Assembly (NCBI GenBank): GCA_964620145.1
Contig: CAZUGR010000002.1
Span: 1-46,441 of the forward strand
From: an uncultured Candidatus Saccharibacteria bacterium
GTDB taxonomy: Bacteria > Patescibacteriota > Minisyncoccia > Phycocordibacterales > UBA1006
DNA: 46,441 nucleotides
Direction of reading: 5' to 3'
Shown here: piece by piece, positions 9,290 to 16,760 of the stretch
Numbering within the stretch: position 1 is the first letter of the stretch
Layout: every line of letters starts with the position of its first letter
Notes under the pieces: model-generated
Databases searched by the model: none
What the model saw: only the letters and a program-made list of their open reading frames with translations
What the model was told of the DNA's origin: nothing
Translations under genes and position numbers: made by a program

Positions 9290-9304
9290 ATAAATAAATA
9301 TAGT

Positions 9305-9997
9305 ATGGTATACTTGATTATTATGGAACAGCAGAAAAAAAATCCCCATCACGCATATATTATGTTTGGGAATTTGCAAGAACCTCGTAATAATCTATTA
9401 AATATATATCAAGATTATTCAGATACATGCCAATGGATTGAGTATTCATACGAATCACTTGGAGTAGATGAGGTTCGTGAATTACGAGATTTTTTGTCAC
9501 AAAAGAAAACGGGAACTTTCTTGGTAATTAATACGAAAAAATTTTCTACTGAAGCTCAGAATGCCTTTCTCAAAATCCTTGAAGAACCAACTGATAATGT
9601 TTACATTTTTATTACACTACCTCCACATGTTTTCGTTCTGGAAACCATACTCTCGAGAGTGATTGTTCTTAAATTAGATTCCGTTCTTGATCAAGGGCAA
9701 ATTATTCCTGTTCGGCAATTCTTGTTAGACTCTGTTGCAGAACGATTAAATACTATAGAAATTTTATCTAAAGGTCGAGATAAAGATGAAGCATTACAAG
9801 CACATGAAATTCATTCCTTCCTTGATAAAATTGAATCATCACTGTATGCATTATTTGTAAAAAAAAGGAGTATTCATTTTCTCGAAATGTTTACAGCTAT
9901 TCGAGATGCTCGAAAATGGGCAGGACAAGCCAGTTTTCCAATGAAAAATATTTTGGACTACATTGCCATGGTAATACCCGAAATTGGCAAGAAGTAA
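9305..9997 (+). CDS. holB: DNA polymerase III delta'-like clamp-loader subunit
   Basis: AQNAFLKILEEP and TILSRV motifs with no P-loop. The start may be the Met at 9323. Confidence 0.65.
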   Translation: MVYLIIMEQQKKNPHHAYIMFGNLQEPRNNLLNIYQDYSDTCQWIEYSYESLGVDEVRELRDFLSQKKTGTFLVINTKKFSTEAQNAFLKILEEPTDNVYIFITLPPHVFVLETILSRVIVLKLDSVLDQGQIIPVRQFLLDSVAERLNTIEILSKGRDKDEALQAHEIHSFLDKIESSLYALFVKKRSIHFLEMFTAIRDARKWAGQASFPMKNILDYIAMVIPEIGKK

Positions 9998-10061
9998 AAG
10001 AGTTATCTTTATCAAAGGTGGCTCTTTTTTAATATGTATATATATGATATAATGAAAATCT

Positions 10062-10616
10062 ATGGCATATAATTTTTCAGATACAAAAACAGAATTTGCT
10101 AAAATTGAAGATTGGTTAAAAACTCAATATTTACAAATTTCAACTGGTCGCGCAAATCCAGCATTAGTAGATTCGGTTATGGTTGAGTCATATGGAACTT
10201 TTCAACCTATTAAAAATATCGCATCAATCACTATCGAAGAAGCTCGCGTATTACGAATTTCTCCTTGGGATAAAGGTGTTATCAAAGAAATAGAGCGAGC
10301 AATCCAACAATCAGGACTTCCATTGTCAGTTATTTCTGACGGGAATGGTATTCGTGCAAGTATTCCACAATTAACTGAAGAGTCACGAAAAACTGTTGTA
10401 AAATTAGTAAAAGAAAAACTCGAAGATGCACGTGTTTCTGTACGACTTGAACGACAACGAGTCGACAAGGATATTGATGCACAAGAAAAAGCAGGTGAAT
10501 TTGCCGAAGACGACAAGTTCCGAGCCAAAGAAGAATTGCAGAAATTAGTGGACAGTGTGAATGGTCGCTTAGAAAATCTGTTCCAACAAAAAGAAACAGA
10601 TATTATGACAGTATAA
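10062..10616 (+). CDS. frr: ribosome recycling factor
   Basis: 184 aa with the RRF pattern: LQISTGRANPALVDSVMVESYG, ISPWD, IPQLTEESRK. Confidence 0.95.
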   Translation: MAYNFSDTKTEFAKIEDWLKTQYLQISTGRANPALVDSVMVESYGTFQPIKNIASITIEEARVLRISPWDKGVIKEIERAIQQSGLPLSVISDGNGIRASIPQLTEESRKTVVKLVKEKLEDARVSVRLERQRVDKDIDAQEKAGEFAEDDKFRAKEELQKLVDSVNGRLENLFQQKETDIMTV

Positions 10617-10620
10617 TTTC

Positions 10621-11826
10621 ATGAAAAATATTATTCAATTTATACAAAAAAATAAAACAACACTTTTGAAAACTCTCGGAATTGTTGCAGTACTTGGATA
10701 TTTTACAGTCAAAAATCCACAAACAATGCTATCAGTTTTTATTTTTATTCTCTTGTTAGGTGTTTTGGTATTTGTTCATGAATTAGGACATTTCTCGGTT
10801 GCAAAATTTTTCGGTATTCGTGTTGATGAATTCGGAATGGGATTTCCACCACGAGTCAAGAAATTATTTCATCACAATGGAACTGACTACACGTTAAACT
10901 GGATTCCGTTCGGAGGATTTGTAAAAATTCACGGAGAAGATTCTCTTGAGCAAGGTAAAGAAGATCCTGATTATCATCGGAGTATGCTTGCAAAACCTTG
11001 GTGGCAACAAGTTCTTGTTCTGGTGGCAGGTGTTACTATGAATATATTATTAGCATGGGGATTTTTTACACTTGCTTTTATGGTAGGAACACCAGCGACA
11101 CTTTCTGGTGTTGCTTATCCAGAACAAGTTAAAAATCCACAACTGACTGTATTGTCAGTATTACCAGAATCTCCTGCAGAAAAAGCAGGAATACAAGCGG
11201 GTGATGTAATTGTTTCTTTTGAATCACTCGAAAATAATTTTACAGGTGACATACTCACCGCAGAAAATGTCACACAGTCTATTCGTCAAGTTGCACCACA
11301 TACTCCAGTATTACTTGGAATTCAAGATTCAAAAGGTGTACAAGAAAATCTTCTTGTTATCCCTGAATATGGAATTTCTGGTGATCAGCTTGCAATTGGT
11401 GTTTCTCTCGATCAAGTAGGAATGTATCGTGAAGGTTTTTTTCAATCAATTAAAAGCGGTATAACGCATACAATATATGTAGCAGGGCAGACAATACAAG
11501 CTTTCGGACAATTATTTGCTGGAAAATCAAGTTTAGATAATCTTACTGGACCTGTTGGACTTGTTTCTGTGGTTGGTGATGCGCAACAAGTTGGATTTAC
11601 TTCTGTAATTACACTTGCTGCTATTATTTCAATCAATCTTGCCGTTATTAACTTGATTCCTTTTCCAGCTTTGGATGGTGGAAGAATTGCCCTTGTCTTT
11701 GTTGAGGCGATTACTCGAAGAAAAATTAATCCAAACATTGTTGTCTGGATTAATGGTATTGGATTTTTCCTCTTGATTGGATTAATGTTATTTATTACTG
11801 TAAAAGATGTAATTAAATTATTTTAA
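10621..11826 (+). CDS. rseP: site-2 (M50) zinc metalloprotease RseP-like with PDZ domain
   Basis: HELGHF zinc motif, PDZ segment PAEKAGIQAGDVIV, and NLIPFPALDGG. Confidence 0.9.
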   Translation: MKNIIQFIQKNKTTLLKTLGIVAVLGYFTVKNPQTMLSVFIFILLLGVLVFVHELGHFSVAKFFGIRVDEFGMGFPPRVKKLFHHNGTDYTLNWIPFGGFVKIHGEDSLEQGKEDPDYHRSMLAKPWWQQVLVLVAGVTMNILLAWGFFTLAFMVGTPATLSGVAYPEQVKNPQLTVLSVLPESPAEKAGIQAGDVIVSFESLENNFTGDILTAENVTQSIRQVAPHTPVLLGIQDSKGVQENLLVIPEYGISGDQLAIGVSLDQVGMYREGFFQSIKSGITHTIYVAGQTIQAFGQLFAGKSSLDNLTGPVGLVSVVGDAQQVGFTSVITLAAIISINLAVINLIPFPALDGGRIALVFVEAITRRKINPNIVVWINGIGFFLLIGLMLFITVKDVIKLF

Positions 11827-11841
11827 AATTAAAATACATAA

Positions 11842-11868
11842 AAAAGCCTGCTCGAAGAGCAGGCTTTT
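11842..11868. terminator. bidirectional rho-independent terminator
   Basis: AAAAGCCTGCTC-GAA-GAGCAGGCTTTT, 12 bp perfect, flanked by A and T runs. Confidence 0.75.
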
Positions 11869-11884
11869 CAGTTAGTAACTGAAA
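11866..11884. repeat. palindrome TTTCAGTTA-G-TAACTGAAA, copy 1 of 2
   Basis: 9+1+9 palindrome lying between the terminator and the stop codon of the minus-strand gene. A near-identical copy is at 23468-23487. Confidence 0.6.
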
Positions 11885-12511
11885 TTAATTTTGACCTGAA
11901 AATAAAAAACTAGAACCTTTTTCTTTGTTAGTTGAAAAATCAATTCCATAATGAATTATTGTGTTTACCACTATTCTTGATATTTCATCTGGATTAGGAA
12001 AATAATTTTCATCCTCATCTTCGTTGTCATTTTCTAAATTAAGCTGATTATTCTCAAGATTAAGCTCATCTTCTATTTCTTGTAAAACTTCATCTTCAAT
12101 TTCTAACATAACATCGAGTATTTTTATTACTTGTTCATCAATGTTTTTGAATTCCTTGATAGGAATATTCCTCGACAGATGTATAATAGCAATTTCTGAA
12201 AAAATTTGCTGCATGAGTGCATCTTCTTCTGTAATAGAAAAGCTAAAAACAAAATTAACAAGATTAATTATAAGTGTAGTATTTTTACTATCATCTACCA
12301 TAGTGACGAGAAAAATAACACACCTTTTTGCTATATCGTCAATTATTTGCTTTTGTTTCTCTGCTTGTTCTGCTGTTTCGTTTTCATTGATTCTCTTGAT
12401 AAGAATATTCATTGTTTCTGTTAACTGAAATATAGTTGCAGATTCATGAAGTTTTAATAAAAAGAGCGTGCGAATTATGTTATTCGCATAAATTTCTGTT
12501 TCTTCTTTCAT
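11885..12511 (-). CDS. hypothetical acidic protein
   Basis: 208 aa with a C-terminal Asp/Glu/Asn-rich tract (EIEDEVLQEIEDELNLENNQLNLENDNEDEDE). No family recognised. Confidence 0.55.
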   Translation of the reverse strand: MKEETEIYANNIIRTLFLLKLHESATIFQLTETMNILIKRINENETAEQAEKQKQIIDDIAKRCVIFLVTMVDDSKNTTLIINLVNFVFSFSITEEDALMQQIFSEIAIIHLSRNIPIKEFKNIDEQVIKILDVMLEIEDEVLQEIEDELNLENNQLNLENDNEDEDENYFPNPDEISRIVVNTIIHYGIDFSTNKEKGSSFLFSGQN

Positions 12512-12551
12512 ACTATTGATTTTTATTTGAATTTACAATAGTATATATACA

Positions 12552-13787
12552 ATGAAAAGTCAAGACTTAAAAAAATTAAACCTTCCTAATACTCCTGGTG
12601 TATATTTTTGGAAAAAGGGAAGTGAGATTCTCTATATTGGAAAAGCAACGAGTCTCCGTGATCGTGTACGGAGCTATTTTGCGCGTGACTTGATTACAAC
12701 TCGAGGTCCTGGAATTGTAGATATGGTAACGATTGCGGAAACAGTGACCTATGAACAAACAGATTCAGTTCTCGAAGCATTAATACTCGAAGCAAACTTG
12801 ATTAAAAAATATCAACCTAAATATAATGTAAAAGAAAAAGATAACAAGAGTTTTGCATATGTGATAATTACCGATGAATTATTTCCTCGAGTCGGAGTCG
12901 TACGTGGACGAACATTGCAAGTTCAGAAACAGCTAGTCACTTTTCAGGTAAAAATAAAATACACCTTTGGACCATTCCCAAGTTATTCATCATTACTCAC
13001 AGGTCTCCGTATTGTGCGGAAAATTTTCCCGTATCGAGATTTGAAAAGTCATAATCCAGCTCATGATCGATTTTACCAACAGCTCGCACTTTCTCCTGAT
13101 GCGACTGATGCAGACGCACAAAAAATATACACAGAAACAATTAAAAATATTGTAAAATTTTTACAAGGAAACAAAAAAGGAGTTATTAAATCACTTGAAA
13201 AACAAATGCATGATTTTGCCAAGAAACAACAATTCGAACAGGCAAATCATGTAAAAAAACAATTGTATGCATTGGAACATATTAACGATGTTTCATTAAT
13301 CAAACGAGATTTCTATGACGAGTCTATTGATAACGCTTTCCGAATTGAAAGTTATGATATTGCACATTTGTCAGGAGGGAATACGGTTGGAGTAATGACT
13401 GTGGTGGAAAATGGATATGTTGACAAATCAAGTTATCGGAAATTTAAAATTAAACGATTAAAAGAAGGTTCGATTCATGATTTGGCAAGTTTACAAGAAG
13501 TTCTCGAGCGACGGTTTACTCATACTGATTGGAAATTTCCTCAACTCATTGTTGTTGATGGTGGAGAAACGCATTACCGTCATGCAGAAAAAATATTACA
13601 GTCATTAAAAGTTATTATTCCCATTGTTGCAGTAGTAAAAGACGAACGACATCGACCAAAAGCAGTCATTGGAAATGAGAAAATTATTAAACAGTATAAA
13701 AAAGAAATCCTGCTTGCAAATAGTGAATCACATCGATTTGCTATTGAATATCACACACTGTTACGGAACAAAAAATTCATCTCATAA
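12552..13787 (+). CDS. uvrC: compact UvrC-like excinuclease subunit (no C-terminal HhH domain)
   Basis: GIY-YIG N-terminus (GVYFWKKGSEILYIGKATSLRDRVRSYF), UVR motif (FEQANHVKKQLYALEHI) and an RNase H-like endonuclease region (ESYDIAHLSG...VVDGGETH...ESHRFAIEYH). The ORF ends straight after that region. Confidence 0.8.
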   Translation: MKSQDLKKLNLPNTPGVYFWKKGSEILYIGKATSLRDRVRSYFARDLITTRGPGIVDMVTIAETVTYEQTDSVLEALILEANLIKKYQPKYNVKEKDNKSFAYVIITDELFPRVGVVRGRTLQVQKQLVTFQVKIKYTFGPFPSYSSLLTGLRIVRKIFPYRDLKSHNPAHDRFYQQLALSPDATDADAQKIYTETIKNIVKFLQGNKKGVIKSLEKQMHDFAKKQQFEQANHVKKQLYALEHINDVSLIKRDFYDESIDNAFRIESYDIAHLSGGNTVGVMTVVENGYVDKSSYRKFKIKRLKEGSIHDLASLQEVLERRFTHTDWKFPQLIVVDGGETHYRHAEKILQSLKVIIPIVAVVKDERHRPKAVIGNEKIIKQYKKEILLANSESHRFAIEYHTLLRNKKFIS

Positions 13788-13855
13788 TTAATAACTTGCC
13801 AAAAAAACAAAAAAATAGTATAACTACTGAGTCTGTTTTAAGGATAATTCATTGC

Positions 13856-13883
13856 TTGCAAAAAACCATGATTTGATTATAAT
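13856..13883 (+). promoter_or_regulatory. candidate promoter TTGCAA-16-TATAAT upstream of tRNA-Ala
   Basis: TTGCAA at 13856-13861 and TATAAT at 13878-13883. Confidence 0.45.
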
Positions 13884-14017
13884 TATGATGGATTGTTCTT
13901 AAGAATTAAATGATGTATGTGTTCTGGATTTTCTCGAACAGATACATTGTTAGCGAACCAAAGTTCTGATGTAATCAGAACGCCATGGTTGCCATGGTAT
14001 GGATAAGGTTCGCGCCT

Positions 14018-14090
14018 GGGCCCTTAGCTTAGTTGGTAGAGCGCTTCACTTGCACTGAAGAGGTCAGCGGTTCGAATCCGCTAGGGTCCA
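14018..14090 (+). tRNA. tRNA-Ala (anticodon TGC)
   Basis: 73-nt cloverleaf folded by hand: acceptor GGGCCCT/AGGGTCC with the G3:U70 alanine identity pair, anticodon loop CTTGCAC, T-loop TTCGAAT. No encoded CCA. Confidence 0.95.
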
Positions 14091-14155
14091 CATTTTTTGT
14101 TTTTAATTTTTGTGTTATAGTATTTTTATTATTAGCCCAAATAATATTTAATTAT

Positions 14156-14335
14156 ATGTCATACGAAGATATTGAGGATATGTTAGATGAATTAGAAGAT
14201 CTCGATTCAGATGAACGAGAAGACGCAATTCAGGAAATACGAGATAAAATAGAAGAAGAAAGAGATACTGATTTCATCACGGGTGCGGCAATTGGTGGAA
14301 TGCTCGGAGGAGACTTTTTTGGAAAAGATGAATAA
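14156..14335 (+). CDS. very acidic 59-aa hypothetical protein
   Basis: MSYEDIEDMLDELEDLDSDEREDAIQEIRDKIEEERDTDF...GKDE. The track ORF from 14033 starts at a TTG inside the tRNA, so I trimmed it to the ATG at 14156. Confidence 0.45.
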   Translation: MSYEDIEDMLDELEDLDSDEREDAIQEIRDKIEEERDTDFITGAAIGGMLGGDFFGKDE

Positions 14336-14358
14336 AAAACTGCTGCGGCAGTTTTTTA
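14335..14358 (+). terminator. rho-independent terminator
   Basis: AAAACTGC-TGCG-GCAGTTTT followed by a T-run. Confidence 0.7.
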
Positions 14359-14430
14359 TTTTCTTTATAAGAATATATCAAGTAAGTCAATTTGTACGTA
14401 TTTTATTTTTTTTGATATACTATTGAGTGT

Positions 14431-15393
14431 ATGAATAAAAATCAAACTCTTTTAGAGATTGTAAATAGGTTTGAGGTTAATGCTATTTTTGCTCAACATA
14501 TTTTACGTACTGGAGATAAAAAAAATATTTTTGAAGATGTTTCAAAGATTATTAAAAACAAACCGAAACCATTTGTAAAATGGGTTGGTGGAAAACGACA
14601 ACTTTTAAATCAATTTCGATTAAGAAATTTATTTCCACCAGAGTTATTTGATTCAGCAAAAAATACTTACTTTGAGCCATTTGTTGGAGGTGGTGCTGTT
14701 TTCTTTGATCTTCTCCCTGAAAAAGCTGTTTTATCTGACATGAATAATGAGTTAGTCATTACTTATAATGTAATTAAGAATGATGTTGAAAGACTTATTC
14801 TTTCCCTTAAAAAACATAAAATAACAAAAGAGTATTTTCTTGATATTCGATCAAAAGATACTGCAAAGCTTTCCGATGTGGAGATTGCCTCACGGTTTAT
14901 ATATTTAAATCGAACATGTTTCAATGGTCTTTATCGGGTTAATAAATCAGGTAAGTTTAATGTTCCATTTGGTAAAAATAAGAATCCGCTTATTTGTGAT
15001 GAATTTAATTTGCGCCAAGTTTCTGAAGCTTTGCAAAAAGTTACAATAAAACATCAAGATTATAAAGGAGTTTTACAAAAAGCTAAAAAGGGGGATTTTA
15101 TTTATTTTGATCCTCCTTATTATCCTATTAGTAAAACTGCCTCGTTTACCTCGTACACCAAAGATGCTTTTTTGGATAAAGAACAAATTGAATTACGAGA
15201 TGTTTTTGTAGAGTTAAATAAAAGAGGTTGTTATGTAATGCTTTCAAATTCTGATGCGCCATTTATTAATAAGATTTACTCAGAGATTAAAGATAAAAAA
15301 ATTCAGATTCATAAAGTTGAGGCAGGGCGGGCGATTAATTCGAAAGGGAGTGGTCGAGGGAAGATATTAGAAGTTGTTGTAACTAATTATTAA
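14431..15393 (+). CDS. Dam-like (D12, alpha-class) N6-adenine DNA methyltransferase
   Basis: VKWVGGKRQLL, motif I FEPFVGGGAVFF, then motif IV FIYFDPPYYP. An extended -10 (TGaTATACT, 14413-14421) lies upstream. Confidence 0.9.
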   Translation: MNKNQTLLEIVNRFEVNAIFAQHILRTGDKKNIFEDVSKIIKNKPKPFVKWVGGKRQLLNQFRLRNLFPPELFDSAKNTYFEPFVGGGAVFFDLLPEKAVLSDMNNELVITYNVIKNDVERLILSLKKHKITKEYFLDIRSKDTAKLSDVEIASRFIYLNRTCFNGLYRVNKSGKFNVPFGKNKNPLICDEFNLRQVSEALQKVTIKHQDYKGVLQKAKKGDFIYFDPPYYPISKTASFTSYTKDAFLDKEQIELRDVFVELNKRGCYVMLSNSDAPFINKIYSEIKDKKIQIHKVEAGRAINSKGSGRGKILEVVVTNY

Positions 15394-15396
15394 TTT

Positions 15397-16203
15397 ATGG
15401 GAAAGGTAAATTCATGGAGAGAGGATGCTTGGGAAGATTTTCTACAAAAATTTTGGGATAATAGACCTAAAGGAGCTAGTTCTGTTCTATACACAACAAA
15501 AGATCTTGAATCTGTTTTATCGAAATACACTAAATCAGGACAAGGTGAAATTCGTATTTTTCACTATGGAAATGAAAAAATAAATGCGGTTAAGAAAAGA
15601 GGGGTTACTAAAATTCCAGTTACAAGAAGTTCTTGGAAAATTGTTGAAAAAATAAAGTCATTTGAATTTGAGGAGCCTGTCGAAGGCGGAGTTTTTGTGC
15701 CTGCTGTAAAATTAACAGAAGGTATGACAATAGGAATTACTGATACATTAGGAACAAAATCAAATCCTGGAGAAACGACCTTGCTAGCAATAGCTAATCA
15801 TGCTGGGATAATTTCTGATTTCTATAATCTTAGTGAACGAGGCATTCTTTTTACTGGAGGAAGACAAAAAGCGGGTGTAAGTCTAATGATAAATGGAGAT
15901 CTAGTTGATATGTCAAAGGCTCAAATAGAAATAGATGGTGGTTTCGAATGGTCAAATTTTGTAGTTATTGCTGAAATGAAAAGTTCATTTAAACAAAAAA
16001 ATTTTGACATAAATCAAGCAATGATTCCTTTTTTAAAATGGAAAAGATTATTTAAAAACAAACAAGTAAAATCACTGGTCCTTCTAGCAGAGACAAATTC
16101 ATTAGGGATAGAATACTGGGCTTATGATATACAAGATTTATCAGATGATGTAACTCTAAAAGCAGGGATTATAAAAAGTAAAAAATATATTATAAAAATT
16201 TAG
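15397..16203 (+). CDS. candidate type II restriction endonuclease (PD-(D/E)xK-like)
   Basis: Starts 3 nt after the methyltransferase stop. Contains QIEIDGGFEWSNFVVIAEMK, a D...ExK pattern. No family recognised by eye. Confidence 0.5.
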   Translation: MGKVNSWREDAWEDFLQKFWDNRPKGASSVLYTTKDLESVLSKYTKSGQGEIRIFHYGNEKINAVKKRGVTKIPVTRSSWKIVEKIKSFEFEEPVEGGVFVPAVKLTEGMTIGITDTLGTKSNPGETTLLAIANHAGIISDFYNLSERGILFTGGRQKAGVSLMINGDLVDMSKAQIEIDGGFEWSNFVVIAEMKSSFKQKNFDINQAMIPFLKWKRLFKNKQVKSLVLLAETNSLGIEYWAYDIQDLSDDVTLKAGIIKSKKYIIKI

Positions 16204-16214
16204 ATGTGTATAAC

Positions 16215-16234
16215 TGTAAACTAATTAGTTTACA
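16215..16234. promoter_or_regulatory. 20-bp perfect palindrome TGTAAACTAATTAGTTTACA (candidate C-box-like operator)
   Basis: Perfect dyad located 15 nt upstream of the extended -10 (TGaTATACT, 16249-16257) of the HTH gene, so it covers the -35 region. Confidence 0.6.
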
Positions 16235-16261
16235 TATAAAAATTAACTTGATATACTTATT

Positions 16262-16471
16262 ATGTTAGAAGAAAAAATAAAACAAATAATGAAACAAAAA
16301 AATCTTGCACCGATTGATGTTTATCGACCACTTAGGATTAATCGTGTAAATTTTTATAAAGCACTCAAAACTTCTAACCTTGAAAATAAGTCACTTAAAA
16401 AAATAGTCAATTTTTTAGGTTTTGAATTATCAATTAATCTTTATAAAAAAAATGAAAACAAGAACGAGTGA
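16262..16471 (+). CDS. XRE-family HTH protein, controller (C) protein-like
   Basis: 69 aa. KNLAPIDVYRPLRINRVNFYKALKTSNLENKSLKKIVNFLGFEL fits the XRE helix-turn-helix pattern. Uses a TGA stop, and its 3' end overlaps the next ORF by 20 nt. Confidence 0.55.
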   Translation: MLEEKIKQIMKQKNLAPIDVYRPLRINRVNFYKALKTSNLENKSLKKIVNFLGFELSINLYKKNENKNE

Positions 16472-16751
16472 GTTTTTTGAAAAATTATATATTATTGACA
16501 TAAATAGTTATGCAATACCTGATAAACAAATGAATTCTTTTGTTTTATGTGGGGATAATAACTGGGATTACTATTTTGAAAGATTGCTTACAAAATATCC
16601 AGAAGAATTTGTTTCTGAGGTGAATAATGTTTTTTTGCATGAATTTAGTAACGAAGAAGATCTTGTGTATTTTTTAAAAAATACTGATAGGAAAAAAATT
16701 TTAGATTTGTCTACCGAAAGAGATTTTCATGCAGTTTTACAATTAGTTTAA
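16452..16751 (+). CDS. hypothetical 99-aa protein (no recognisable family)
   Basis: Begins MKTRTSEFFEKLYIIDINSY.... Start taken at ATG 16452; the track start is 16422. It sits where C-regulated systems usually carry the nuclease gene. Confidence 0.45.
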   Translation: MKTRTSEFFEKLYIIDINSYAIPDKQMNSFVLCGDNNWDYYFERLLTKYPEEFVSEVNNVFLHEFSNEEDLVYFLKNTDRKKILDLSTERDFHAVLQLV

Positions 16752-16760
16752 ACATAATAT

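Noticed and set aside
12030-12070. Short tandem-like repeat (ATTAAGCTGATT / ATTAAGCTCATC) suggestive of a repeat array
   Set aside because: It lies inside the acidic-tail coding region (LNLEN repeats) of the 208-aa ORF. This is low-complexity coding sequence, not a CRISPR or intergenic repeat.
13895-14017. 5S rRNA, tmRNA, RNase P RNA or a degenerate second tRNA upstream of tRNA-Ala
   Set aside because: None of the diagnostic motifs is present: the 5S CCGAAC...GAAGT loop E context, the RNase P GAGGAAAGTCC, or a tmRNA tRNA-like end and tag ORF. The hairpin loops do not fit a cloverleaf.
14033-14155. N-terminal 41 codons of the track ORF 14033..14335
   Set aside because: That part starts at a TTG inside tRNA-Ala and reads through the tRNA body. 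Only the acidic part from ATG 14156 is plausible.
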